Source: a virus. Taken from it: a stretch of DNA of 64,000 nucleotides. The stretch lies in IMG/VR virus record IMGVR_UViG_3300034062_003747, positions 13,826 to 77,825 of that record; one strand, given 5' to 3'. Position 1 is the stretch's first letter. Every line of letters starts with the position of its first letter. The notes beneath the pieces are model-generated. The model saw only the letters and a program-made list of their open reading frames with translations. It made no database searches and had not been told where the DNA came from. A program made the position numbers and the translations under genes. Below are positions 10,111 to 20,306 of the stretch, in pieces.

Positions 10111-10950
10111 TTATAGATATAAAAATGGTTGTATCATTTTTTCATTCAATAAATAATCATATGTATTTTTAATATTACCACCAATTGTTTTATGCTTTTC
10201 TACTAATAATTTAATTCCGTTTATTTTTATATCATTTATAAATTTATCATTACCCTGCCAGTGAGAATATGAATTATGCCAATCTGGTCTAATTTCATCA
10301 TACTCTAATGAATAATAATCAATTAATCTTTCTAACAAATGTTCACATATTAAATGTGAAATCAATGATTTATGAGAATCCAATTCATCATTTGCTTCAA
10401 CTAATATGTTTTTATTTTCAAAATACCAATTTCTTAATTTTTCATATGATTCAATAAAATATTGAAGTAATCCATTATTTTCTTTCCAATAAATTAGATT
10501 AGTTGAAAAACTTCGTTTTGATTCTATGTTCCATTCTGGTATTAGTGATGTAAACGTATTTAAGTTATTCAAAGTATTTAATCCAATTTCAATCTCATTC
10601 GTTGCCGGTTTTTTTACTATTTCATCAAATGATAAAAATGTTTTTGAGTTTCTATTAAAAATTAATGGAGAATACAAAAACATATCACCATCAATTGTTA
10701 TATACTCATCATTTCTAGTTTTCCAAATATAAATTTTCAAATCATCAAATAAAATATATTCAATATTATCTATATTGTGTACTTCATCTACATAATTACC
10801 CAATCTATCAACGGCATCTGTTGTACCATATAATACTGTTTGATATCCTAAATCCTTAGCCATTTGTATTGAAACATAAAACATATCATACACATATTGA
10901 CCATGTGGGGTTAATGGGTTTTTATTTGCTAAACTCCATATTAATTTCAT
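10111..10950 (-). CDS. Putative GT-A-type nucleotide-sugar transferase
   Basis: LKIY...YITIDGDMFL DxD motif, late E-H/Q and YSHW segments. Confidence 0.45.
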   Translation of the reverse strand: MKLIWSLANKNPLTPHGQYVYDMFYVSIQMAKDLGYQTVLYGTTDAVDRLGNYVDEVHNIDNIEYILFDDLKIYIWKTRNDEYITIDGDMFLYSPLIFNRNSKTFLSFDEIVKKPATNEIEIGLNTLNNLNTFTSLIPEWNIESKRSFSTNLIYWKENNGLLQYFIESYEKLRNWYFENKNILVEANDELDSHKSLISHLICEHLLERLIDYYSLEYDEIRPDWHNSYSHWQGNDKFINDIKINGIKLLVEKHKTIGGNIKNTYDYLLNEKMIQPFLYL

Positions 10951-10955
10951 ATAAT

Positions 10956-12767
10956 TTACGTTGTATTAAAATTATTTGGATTATAATTTACATTATTGAT
11001 ATCACCACCTTGTGAATATCCGGCACCACCGAATGTATTTCCTCCACCACCACCCGTTGTAGGAGTGGTTGGAGTAGTCGGTGTAGTTATACCACCACAT
11101 GGACCTATAAATGTAACTCGCACGTTTGGTCCTTCGGATATAGTATTTTCAACTGCACATATTTCTACTTCTTGGCCGGGTAGTAATCCATTTATTGTAG
11201 CAGGTGCACCTGATGAATCTTTATAAAATATAGGAACAGATACTCCGTTATTATAGTTATACCCATTGTTATTATATTGGTATCCATTATATCCAGTTCC
11301 ACCATACGAATCGTATCCATTATAACCATATGGATTATAGGTATAATATGAATCATTTAAAACTCTATATAACCCCGTAGTTAATACTTCTCTAATTTTT
11401 GGTACTTCTCTTACATCACCACTAAATGATTCAATTGTTTGATATGTAATTGTCAATGAATCATATTCTCTACCAAATACGTTAGTTTGTTTATTACCAT
11501 TCGCATCAGTAAATATTATTCCACCCTCTGAAGACCAAACATAGAATGTTTTGGTTATTGTTGATGGTTTAGTTGCATCTGCATATTTACAAGAACCATC
11601 ATCCATAACTGCAAATTTATTATAATTTAAAGCAGATGAATCCATACATCCTTTAACCTTTTCTATTGGGGTTGCATCTTGTATTGGATTATATTGACAT
11701 GAACCATCTGATTCAGTTGCTAATGGATTATAGTTTTTAGCATTTTTATCAGTACACCCTCTAACCACTCCTTGTTTATTACCTATACCATTAGTCTCAT
11801 TTGCGTTAGCACTAATTATTGATTTTAAAATCTCTTTAGTTGCATCTAATGTGATTTGCTCTTCTTTTGTTAATATGTTATCTTCTTGTATATCTTGTTT
11901 AGGTAAATAAAAACTTATAATTTGAATAAGTGAACTAATTATAAATTCTTTTATTTTAACTATTGATAATTCTATTGGTTTTGGGGTAGAAAGCGGTTTA
12001 CCATAATTAAGAGAGGTTATATTAGTATCTCTATTACCAACAAAATGTTTAGTAGTTTCAATTAATTTTTCTCTAATTGTATTTATAAAATTTTCCCAAT
12101 TCTGAATTTTAAATTCGGTTTGAATTAATTTTCTATATTGTTCTCCTTCCGCAATCGTTCCCTTTTGCATTAAGAATGATTTCAGAATATTTTCTACTTT
12201 TAATGATTGTACAAATGGTTCTACAAAATAAATCGTATCATCTTTAAATTGACCATCTTTTAATAAAATATTTAATCTGATATCCAAATCTTCAATTGTA
12301 TTTTCATTAACATCTTTTAATGGTAAAACTCTAATTTCAGTTCGTGATGGTGATATTTCATGTATCCATAATTTATCCTTATCAATTGTTTCAGAACCAA
12401 CTCTTCTATTTAATAGAGTTGTTTGAGTTTTAAATATACCATTAGAATATCCAGAATCTCTTACTAATTTTTCAGTATCAATAATATATTCTCTAGCACC
12501 ATTGGTTTTTATATTAGATTTGTTTTCACTAAAAATAAAATATTTTGTAATATTTGCATCATCTAAGAAAATATATCTAACTAAATCCCCATTCTCACCT
12601 TGTGGTAACAAATTATCACTTGAATCATATAAGATAAATTCAATAGTATCGGCATCACCTAACCCAAAGTAAGATTTGGCAACTTCTTTTTCAAAAATTG
12701 CTCTATCTTTACTATCAACTTTGTAGCCTTTTTTTTCTACTATTTCTTTGAATTGATTTATTGCCAT
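10956..12767 (-). CDS. Virion structural protein with Cys repeats and low-complexity tail
   Basis: EISPSRTEIR motif, two GCxD repeats, Tyr/Asn/Gly-rich and TPT-rich C-terminus; structural context. Confidence 0.55.
   Translation of the reverse strand: MAINQFKEIVEKKGYKVDSKDRAIFEKEVAKSYFGLGDADTIEFILYDSSDNLLPQGENGDLVRYIFLDDANITKYFIFSENKSNIKTNGAREYIIDTEKLVRDSGYSNGIFKTQTTLLNRRVGSETIDKDKLWIHEISPSRTEIRVLPLKDVNENTIEDLDIRLNILLKDGQFKDDTIYFVEPFVQSLKVENILKSFLMQKGTIAEGEQYRKLIQTEFKIQNWENFINTIREKLIETTKHFVGNRDTNITSLNYGKPLSTPKPIELSIVKIKEFIISSLIQIISFYLPKQDIQEDNILTKEEQITLDATKEILKSIISANANETNGIGNKQGVVRGCTDKNAKNYNPLATESDGSCQYNPIQDATPIEKVKGCMDSSALNYNKFAVMDDGSCKYADATKPSTITKTFYVWSSEGGIIFTDANGNKQTNVFGREYDSLTITYQTIESFSGDVREVPKIREVLTTGLYRVLNDSYYTYNPYGYNGYDSYGGTGYNGYQYNNNGYNYNNGVSVPIFYKDSSGAPATINGLLPGQEVEICAVENTISEGPNVRVTFIGPCGGITTPTTPTTPTTGGGGGNTFGGAGYSQGGDINNVNYNPNNFNTT
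11583..11759 (-). repeat. Two GCxD...DGSC-x-Y protein repeats
   Basis: GCTDKNAKNYNPLATESDGSCQY (11691-11759) and GCMDSSALNYNKFAVMDDGSCKY (11583-11651). Confidence 0.8.
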
Positions 12768-13843
12768 GCTAGTATTTTTCTTTTACTCATTTGTTTATTA
12801 TAAACATAATAACAATATTGTTTACCAACCTTATGAATTATTTTTCCTATCCAATTATCATTAGGTAGGATTCCAACTTCGTATGCCATATGTTCTGTCC
12901 ACGGCTTTACCATTGTGTAAATCCATTTTGTATATTGTGGTTTTGCTTTCATAAACCCAACCACATTCTTAGCCCACATCATATATCCTAAAACTAATGA
13001 TGGGTCTTTCTTAAACATCATTTCACCATATAACTCATCCGCGTTCCAAATATGTTGAGGTAAGAATCCTTGTTTGTAAAGTTCATTACAAATAATTTTC
13101 TTTTTCTTAGTAGTTGCAGCAGTAAGTTGTTGATTAGCAGTTGCTGCTGCTGCACTTGCCTGTGATGCTTGTAGTTGAGCTGATGCTAATAGTTGTTGTG
13201 CGTTTGTAACTTGAGTTTGTAAGTTTGTAGCTCTATCATTTGCACTATCTAATTGAGTTGTTAAATTTTTTTGTAATTCATCAAAGGTTACTTTCTCAGC
13301 CTGTAATCCCCTAAGTTGTGCTTCTAATGAAACCCTCTCAATACCTTCTTTAATACCTTTTGAAAGTGCGTTTTGAAAATCTTGAATTAGTGAAACATAT
13401 TTATTATTTGTAATTTCAGATTCATTTTCAGCCGATGCTCTTAATAATCTTTCTACATCTATTTGAGTAGCCAATGCCTCGTTTGCAGTATTTAGGGTTT
13501 CAATCTCAGCCAGGGCATCACTTAATTGTTTACTTAAATCAGTATTTTTTGCTAATGATTCATTATATAATGCTTCTAATCTATCGTATGTTTTTTGAGG
13601 AACAACTTTTGGTTGTGGTTTTGCAGGTGCTGCTATTAATTCATCAACAACTACATTAACTGCCTTTTTTAATTGCTCTTCGTTATACTTTGGTCTTTCA
13701 ACATATCCAGAGGTTTCACCATCAAAATCTTCAGCAGTGGGTTTGACATAAAAAGTATGATTACCTTGCTCATCTTGAGAGGTAATCACAGCAGAACCAC
13801 TTGATATTAATTCTGAAACTCTAAATTCGTTTTGTAATGACAT
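12758..13843 (-). CDS. Coiled-coil virion protein with C-terminal IC...GYxxWA domain
   Basis: Long heptad region, then KKKKIICNELYKQG...GYMMWAKNVV. Confidence 0.5.
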   Translation of the reverse strand: MSLQNEFRVSELISSGSAVITSQDEQGNHTFYVKPTAEDFDGETSGYVERPKYNEEQLKKAVNVVVDELIAAPAKPQPKVVPQKTYDRLEALYNESLAKNTDLSKQLSDALAEIETLNTANEALATQIDVERLLRASAENESEITNNKYVSLIQDFQNALSKGIKEGIERVSLEAQLRGLQAEKVTFDELQKNLTTQLDSANDRATNLQTQVTNAQQLLASAQLQASQASAAAATANQQLTAATTKKKKIICNELYKQGFLPQHIWNADELYGEMMFKKDPSLVLGYMMWAKNVVGFMKAKPQYTKWIYTMVKPWTEHMAYEVGILPNDNWIGKIIHKVGKQYCYYVYNKQMSKRKILAWQ

Positions 13844-13846
13844 ATT

Positions 13847-14911
13847 TTATTTCTCTATTGTAAACGTTAAATCTTTATCTGAAAAATATTCTATTACACC
13901 ACTTCTATCTATTTTTATTTCAACATAATAACTTCTATTAGTTTCCCAATTTGTTAAATTTAATTTAAAATAATTTCCGTTACTATTACAACTTACTTTT
14001 GTATAATCACTAAATGGAACAATAATTTCATCAGTAATCACATCTTTAATTTGATAATAAGTTGTAGATGGTAAATATTTTATATCGTTATATGCAAAGG
14101 TATTTGAATAAGTTTTAAGTGGATATTTTTCTCTAGCAAAAACTCCAATTTCAATAATACTTCCTACTTTATATTTTGTTTTTAATTTTTTAAATGTTAC
14201 ATGAATATCATCAGAAGTCAGTTGAGTTAACGAACCGGTTACAAATGACTGGTCATTCCAACCAATTCTAACTTTTGGTTGATATATGGTATTGGTTTCT
14301 TTTGAAAAGAATTTCAATTGTCCGTAATCTTCCTCATCGTTTTCTAATACACTTGAATGTCTTAAAATCATACCCTCATTTGGTAAAGAACCCGATATCC
14401 AAGAAGTAAACATAGTTTTTACATTCATATTGATATCTGCACTTTGATAACTAAATGATTGTGATGTTGCTGAACCCGTCCACCATACTCCACCCTTACC
14501 ATTGTACGAGCCGGTTACACTACCTGTAATATATAATTCATTTGTAATCCAATCTACTCCAGTTGTTCTATGATTCCAAGTAACACCATCCGTTGAGATA
14601 TCATCAAAACGAGTACCAATTCCCATATCCCAACTTTGTGTAATTGGATTTGCATAGATTACATAATCTATTGGTATTTCATTTGCTTCACATTCTCTAA
14701 GAATTAATTCTGCAGAACTCATAGTAACTGCACCACTAGCAAGAGATGCAGAAAGAGCAGTTGTTTCAAACTTTATTAAAGTATGGGCAACATCTTTTAA
14801 ATTTCCATAGTATACTTTAGAAATTTCTAATATCTCATCTAAACCAGTGTTTTGAGTTGGTTGTTGTAAATAGATTGTTGCATCTTTTGATGCTGTTAAA
14901 AAAGTATACAT
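13847..14911 (-). CDS. Baseplate-associated protein (DNRLRE-like N-terminal domain)
   Basis: ASKDATIY...NTGLDEILE...LIKF; directly follows the wedge gene. Confidence 0.5.
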   Translation of the reverse strand: MYTFLTASKDATIYLQQPTQNTGLDEILEISKVYYGNLKDVAHTLIKFETTALSASLASGAVTMSSAELILRECEANEIPIDYVIYANPITQSWDMGIGTRFDDISTDGVTWNHRTTGVDWITNELYITGSVTGSYNGKGGVWWTGSATSQSFSYQSADINMNVKTMFTSWISGSLPNEGMILRHSSVLENDEEDYGQLKFFSKETNTIYQPKVRIGWNDQSFVTGSLTQLTSDDIHVTFKKLKTKYKVGSIIEIGVFAREKYPLKTYSNTFAYNDIKYLPSTTYYQIKDVITDEIIVPFSDYTKVSCNSNGNYFKLNLTNWETNRSYYVEIKIDRSGVIEYFSDKDLTFTIEK

Positions 14912-16929
14912 TAAACAACCCTCCCTTTAATATCTTTTGCCGGAAACTTAACTTCAAATATTGATGGGTCTAATGATGGGTACACCATTTTACCTTTTGT
15001 TGCTTCTGCAATGTTATATGAATTACTCGAATATTGGCCTAAACATTTATTTACTATTTCACATTTTGGAACTGATTGAACTCCTTCTATTCCTGCAATT
15101 AATAATTCTAATTCACTTATGTTAATTGCCATATTAAATGTCCAATCATCTATATTAAAGTAATTTGTAACTTCATCAATACATCTTACTAATACTTCCC
15201 TTTTATTATATCCACTATAAGTTCTAATTTCAAAATCAACCCCAATGTTTATAATATATCCATCCATTAAATTCACACCATCTGTCAACAAACGATATTC
15301 ATTTAAATAAGTTTTAAGATTTTCTTTTAATGCCTGATTTGTTCCAATTTGTACTAAATTCTTATTAGAATTATATCCTAAAATATATAAGTTAATTGCA
15401 AATGGATTATTCTTTTCGTTTGTATTATTTTTCTTTCCTACTAAAAATTTGTTAACCGCATCTTTAATTTCCATTTCACTCTTACCTTGTAAACTTGTTA
15501 CAATATCAGTAAATTCACTTAGAGTATCTGGATTTGCAAGGATAGATGATGGTGAGTTGTTATCCAATTCTCCATCCGGTGCACAATATGCTTTAGCAAT
15601 ACCACCATACTTTGCAGGTAGTGATAGGGCTCTTACTTGATAATCTTTACGAGTTACTGCTCTATTTTGAGAACCAAAGGTTGCCAATGCGTTTTCTCTG
15701 ATTTCATCGATAGTTTCTGCACCTCTTGCCCCATTTGCTGCTGTTTCGTTTTCAACTGCGATTGACCCTTTAGCAACTTTATATGCTGTCAATTCATCTC
15801 CACTAAGTGAAATTGTATCTTCATCAAATGAAACGTTTGTTATTCTATTTAATTCACCTTTTGGTGTATTTGCAGAAATTCCACCTCCTACTAAATACGA
15901 AACTGTAATAGTAGTATTAGCAGGTGCCTGGCCGTAACTTCTTGTTTTCAAAAAGTTTGCAGGGTCAAATGATGCACCTAAATTATCTATTGATGAATTT
16001 AATCCCAATCCCACATTTTTAAAATTTGGTATAAGAGTTTCATCAGATGAGGTAGAATTACCTCCACCAAATACAATTGTTGTAGTATTATCGGCGTTTA
16101 CTTTTGTTACAAACCTACGAGAAGTTTTTACTAATTTTAAAATGTTTGGAACTGAATCTTTGAATTGAACTAAATCTTTATCAGTTTGGTTTGATACCGG
16201 ATAATCAACAAATACCATCTCTTGTGCAAGATATGGAACTTCATACCATTTATTTCCACTACTATCTCTTACATCATATATTTGAATTATATTTGTTTCT
16301 GCCAAATCTATTTTTGAAAATTCTTGTGCAGTTCCAAATGTAATATCTATTGTCTTTAATTCTGCAGAGATTGCGTTAACGTACTTTTTAACTAAATAAA
16401 AGGTTGGTTCACCATCGGCATCTTTTCTATATATTGTAATTTCTCTCTCATCTTCAACACTAAAATCTAATAATTCAGTTGTTCTAAATAGTGTACCGGT
16501 TGTATTTGCTTCTACTACCATTCCCTCTTTGATTCTAAGGAAATACTCAGAATTAGGTCTGTTATTAGCCCCTCTACCTATATTTGGAACTAATTGATAA
16601 ACTGATAATCTTACTAATGCAGGTGATGTTACTTTTGGTTTGTATCCTAAATATTGTGCAAGTGCGATAACATTTTCTTTATCCTCTGCGTATAACATTA
16701 AGGATTCTTTTAATGTATCATCGATATAATACCCCAAAACATCTCCAATATACGATGCCATTTCGATGAACATCATACCTGGTGAGGTTTCGTTAAAATC
16801 TGAATATGTTTGTGGGAAATAAGTTTTTGCGTACTCAATTAAGTTTTGACGGAAACCGGCAAAATCTTTATTAAGATATTTTATATCTCTACCTTGATTA
16901 CTTTTTCTTGTTATACTATTTAATGCCAT
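14911..16929 (-). CDS. Baseplate wedge subunit (T4 gp6-like)
   Basis: DF...NL...YFP.TYSDFNE...A.YLGYKP; GAETIDEIR...QNRAVT.KDY. Confidence 0.85.
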   Translation of the reverse strand: MALNSITRKSNQGRDIKYLNKDFAGFRQNLIEYAKTYFPQTYSDFNETSPGMMFIEMASYIGDVLGYYIDDTLKESLMLYAEDKENVIALAQYLGYKPKVTSPALVRLSVYQLVPNIGRGANNRPNSEYFLRIKEGMVVEANTTGTLFRTTELLDFSVEDEREITIYRKDADGEPTFYLVKKYVNAISAELKTIDITFGTAQEFSKIDLAETNIIQIYDVRDSSGNKWYEVPYLAQEMVFVDYPVSNQTDKDLVQFKDSVPNILKLVKTSRRFVTKVNADNTTTIVFGGGNSTSSDETLIPNFKNVGLGLNSSIDNLGASFDPANFLKTRSYGQAPANTTITVSYLVGGGISANTPKGELNRITNVSFDEDTISLSGDELTAYKVAKGSIAVENETAANGARGAETIDEIRENALATFGSQNRAVTRKDYQVRALSLPAKYGGIAKAYCAPDGELDNNSPSSILANPDTLSEFTDIVTSLQGKSEMEIKDAVNKFLVGKKNNTNEKNNPFAINLYILGYNSNKNLVQIGTNQALKENLKTYLNEYRLLTDGVNLMDGYIINIGVDFEIRTYSGYNKREVLVRCIDEVTNYFNIDDWTFNMAINISELELLIAGIEGVQSVPKCEIVNKCLGQYSSNSYNIAEATKGKMVYPSLDPSIFEVKFPAKDIKGRVV

Positions 16930-16934
16930 TATTA

Positions 16935-17366
16935 TTATCCCCTAACTGTAAAAGTTATTTCTTGTGTTTCAATTGTATTTCCGACCGTAAACTGAATTGT
17001 CATCCGTGCTGTGTGGTTATCCTTCATAGCATCAGTCATTTCTACATCAATTTCTTCAATATTAATATATGGTAACCAATAACTGACAGTTTGGGTGATT
17101 ACATCTTGTAATCGGTCTTCAAACGTATCATCCATTGGTTCAAACAAAAGTGATTGTAATCCCGTACCAAACTCTGGTTGCATTATCCTCTCACCCTTTG
17201 CCGTTAATAGTAAATTTTTTAAATTAGCTTTTGCTTGTTCGAAAGATGTAAAGGCTTGTTCAAAATAACCAGTATTACCCTTTTTAATGGGTAAAGTTAT
17301 CCCGTATGCGTAAGAATCAAATTCTTTCGTATCCTTTACAATTTTACTACCAAGTACATAAGCCAT
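16935..17366 (-). CDS. Baseplate wedge / sheath initiator (gp25-like)
   Basis: NLKNLLLTAKGERIMQPEFGTGL..LLFEP. Confidence 0.9.
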   Translation of the reverse strand: MAYVLGSKIVKDTKEFDSYAYGITLPIKKGNTGYFEQAFTSFEQAKANLKNLLLTAKGERIMQPEFGTGLQSLLFEPMDDTFEDRLQDVITQTVSYWLPYINIEEIDVEMTDAMKDNHTARMTIQFTVGNTIETQEITFTVRG

Positions 17367-17367
17367 A

Positions 17368-17997
17368 TTATTTCTTAAACCTCTTAACTAATTCCGAATT
17401 ATCTCTATTTAAAATTCTGTCTAATCCTGCTAATCCAGTCGTAACACCTAACCCACCTTTTTTAATACCACTTCCTCCCATATCTCCATAACCCATTTTA
17501 GAAGCCATTTGACTTCTCATTGTTTCAATCCCACCTTGTGCTCCACCTCTGTACGATATTGTTTCATCTATATCAGGTTCCGCATCCATATAATTTGGAA
17601 TGTGTGAATTTGCGTAACCCTCATTTATTGGTTGTTCCATTTGGTAATTATCTAAAATAGATGAACCACCTCCCACCTGTCCCGCACTTCTTTGTGCAGC
17701 AGTAAATGGTTTAGTTTGATTTAATATTTCATTTATAGTTGAATTTCTACTCAATTGTTTTACTGGTTGAACTTGTCTTACTTCTTCTTTAATAGTAGTA
17801 GTTGTTCTATCTTTTTCTAATAATAGAGTTGCCAATTCAAACGGGTCAACTTCCTCCAAAATATCTTTTTTAGGTTTTGGAGCAGGAGTTTCGTTTAATA
17901 ATTTACTAACTTCCTCTTTAATCATTTTAGGAAGCTGTTTCTTAATTTCTTGTTCTACAACTAATTTTATCAGTTGTGCTAATTTTTTAGAATCCAT
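17368..17997 (-). CDS. Hypothetical late protein
   Basis: 209 aa with several (I/L)-x-E motifs; late motif upstream. Confidence 0.5.
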   Translation of the reverse strand: MDSKKLAQLIKLVVEQEIKKQLPKMIKEEVSKLLNETPAPKPKKDILEEVDPFELATLLLEKDRTTTTIKEEVRQVQPVKQLSRNSTINEILNQTKPFTAAQRSAGQVGGGSSILDNYQMEQPINEGYANSHIPNYMDAEPDIDETISYRGGAQGGIETMRSQMASKMGYGDMGGSGIKKGGLGVTTGLAGLDRILNRDNSELVKRFKK

Positions 17998-18020
17998 TTT
18001 TAAAATATTTGTTAACTTAG

Positions 18021-18029
18021 TATAAATAT
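18021..18029 (-). promoter_or_regulatory. Putative late promoter ATATTTATA
   Basis: Intergenic motif upstream of 17997. Confidence 0.6.
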
Positions 18030-18051
18030 ATCGTTTGAGTATTTTGCATTT

Positions 18052-19035
18052 TTATGAGTACAAATTGGGGTTTTCTTTTAATTTTTTCCAATATCCACAA
18101 AACTTTTGTTTCCTATCCTCTAATCCATTATACCCACCATTGATTCGTTTTGTAATATATTTTAATGTTCCCATTGAATCATCTACTGCTGCTTCATTTA
18201 ATTTACGCGTTCTCCAAAACCAACAAGCAGTTTCTGCAACATATTTTTTTTCAACCAATGTAGAATTTTCAACCACATCATCAGATACTCCTTTTCTAAA
18301 TTGACTATAATTTGCTCGACCTGTAAGTTGAATATAACCTCTACCTGCATATCTAAACCCATCACCCGCTTGTAAATTACCCAAATCCTTTCTACCCTCA
18401 TATCTTTGTTGAGTTGCCGATGGGCCCCATATTTCTTTTGTATAAATAAAATTACCACTCTCGTGTGCACATTGGGCTAGAAAGTGTGCCTTTTGTAAAG
18501 GAGTAGTTATACCCCACTTCCTCATAGCCTGAATAACAACTTGTGGTGGTTCTTTTAGTTTTATATTTCCGCATTCTTCAATCTTTTCAGAATTAGAAGC
18601 GTTTGATACGGCAGAATTATCTTCATTATTTTGTGGTGTATTATTACCATCATTATTTCTAACTGCAGGACTTGATTGTGGTTGACCACTTAAACCTGCT
18701 GAGGTTGATTCGTTTATACCATATCCCTTTTCAGTAGCATCATCTGCTATAACTTCTTGTTCCGGTGATAATTTTATAGCCTCTTCAACTTGTTTTTGTT
18801 CTGCTGCTTTTTCTTCAGGTGTTGCTGGTATATCATTACTACCTCCGGCCGGAACACCTTTCCCTGCAGGTGGTATTGTATAACCAACAAATGGAACTGC
18901 ACCCGGCCCAGGTGTTAATAGTGGTGGATATAACGAAGTGGTTAAATACATTCCTTGAATAGTGGGCAGATGGGTTTGAATTGATGCAATCAATTGGTCT
19001 AAAAATACTGCCGAATCATTTGTTGGTTTTGCCAT
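18052..19035 (-). CDS. Virion-associated GH19 lysozyme/chitinase-like peptidoglycan hydrolase
   Basis: AHFLAQCAHES, YEGRKDLGN..GDG.RY.GRGYIQLTGRANY, ITKRINGGYNGLEDR. Confidence 0.9.
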   Translation of the reverse strand: MAKPTNDSAVFLDQLIASIQTHLPTIQGMYLTTSLYPPLLTPGPGAVPFVGYTIPPAGKGVPAGGSNDIPATPEEKAAEQKQVEEAIKLSPEQEVIADDATEKGYGINESTSAGLSGQPQSSPAVRNNDGNNTPQNNEDNSAVSNASNSEKIEECGNIKLKEPPQVVIQAMRKWGITTPLQKAHFLAQCAHESGNFIYTKEIWGPSATQQRYEGRKDLGNLQAGDGFRYAGRGYIQLTGRANYSQFRKGVSDDVVENSTLVEKKYVAETACWFWRTRKLNEAAVDDSMGTLKYITKRINGGYNGLEDRKQKFCGYWKKLKENPNLYS

Positions 19036-19057
19036 TTCGTTTAACTATATTATAATT

Positions 19058-20305
19058 TTATTTTTTATCCACACAAGTTGGAGGAATTACAAAACCAGAA
19101 ATAGTTGATACTTTTGGAGTTTTTACAAAACATCCACATCCATTTCTATTGAAGCCACCACCGCCAGTATTTCCTTCTATTGTAGTTATTTTACCATCTT
19201 TTGATATTGCTGCTACAACTCCAATATGATGTTCCTTGCCTTCAGGTCCATACAACGCTGCAGCTCCTATTTTTGGAGTTTTACTATATGTACCATTTTT
19301 TTTACCCCATATAGCCCAATTTTTACACGATGCAGCACCAGGAGGAGTTTTTAACCCCGCAGACTTCCACCAAGCAGTTACAGCAGATGCACACCAATAA
19401 TATCCCTCACCTGTTGCTCGGACCTGTCCCTGATTATCTAAACCCGTTAGTTGAACCATTATATCAATACGACCAGGTTTACCCGGCGGGGTCTCTCCTC
19501 CCGCTTGATTTCCTCCATAGTTCAATCCTGCACCTTTATTTGCCTTCGTGCCGGTTTCTAATATACCAACATCTTTTTTGGCAAATTCAACTATCTTTAA
19601 TCCAATAGGACATGAAGTATCAACATTACCATCAATTTTAACCGGAGTTGAATTTATAGGTTCATTTGATTCTATTGAACTTGCTTGTCTTGTATCAATT
19701 TCTTTTTGTGTTTTATCAATATATTCTCTAGCACCATCACGTTGTTCTTCCGTTGCACCGGAATTATTAATTGTGTTAGATGCCCTTTTAATTTCTTCTT
19801 TTTTCACCTCAATATCTTCATCTGATAATTCATATGGGTCTTCAAATACTTTTCCAGTAGGTGCAGTAACAGCAGTATCGGTTGGTTTTATTAATACAGG
19901 TTCTAAACTTTGCATATCAGTTGGTTGCCAAGTTCCGGGATTTGTAATCATACTACTAACTGTCACAATATTTATAATTGCACCGGGAGATGGTATGATT
20001 GGAGGTGGGACTTGACTCATCGTTGCACCTGTCCAATAAGCTAGAAACGCAGGACCCATATTAGTAATAATAGGATGTTCACCTGATGGTTGTTGAAATG
20101 CGGTTGCAAGAATACCATTTAAGGTACTCTCCATTAATTCAGTATTACCCTTTGCAACTGTAATATTATTAACGGAATCAAATCCTCGTTTAACTGCCAT
20201 ATCATATTCTAATGTAAGTTTTTTTGCAAAAGCACCATAGGAATTAATTCCTGCTTGGTTTTGCATATAACTCAACATATTTTGTTTGAATATTTCTAAT
20301 GACAT
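19058..20305 (-). CDS. Virion-associated CHAP-domain amidase/peptidase
   Basis: WCASAVTAWW...HHIGVV...TIEGNT. Confidence 0.85.
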   Translation of the reverse strand: MSLEIFKQNMLSYMQNQAGINSYGAFAKKLTLEYDMAVKRGFDSVNNITVAKGNTELMESTLNGILATAFQQPSGEHPIITNMGPAFLAYWTGATMSQVPPPIIPSPGAIINIVTVSSMITNPGTWQPTDMQSLEPVLIKPTDTAVTAPTGKVFEDPYELSDEDIEVKKEEIKRASNTINNSGATEEQRDGAREYIDKTQKEIDTRQASSIESNEPINSTPVKIDGNVDTSCPIGLKIVEFAKKDVGILETGTKANKGAGLNYGGNQAGGETPPGKPGRIDIMVQLTGLDNQGQVRATGEGYYWCASAVTAWWKSAGLKTPPGAASCKNWAIWGKKNGTYSKTPKIGAAALYGPEGKEHHIGVVAAISKDGKITTIEGNTGGGGFNRNGCGCFVKTPKVSTISGFVIPPTCVDKK

Positions 20306-20306
20306 C

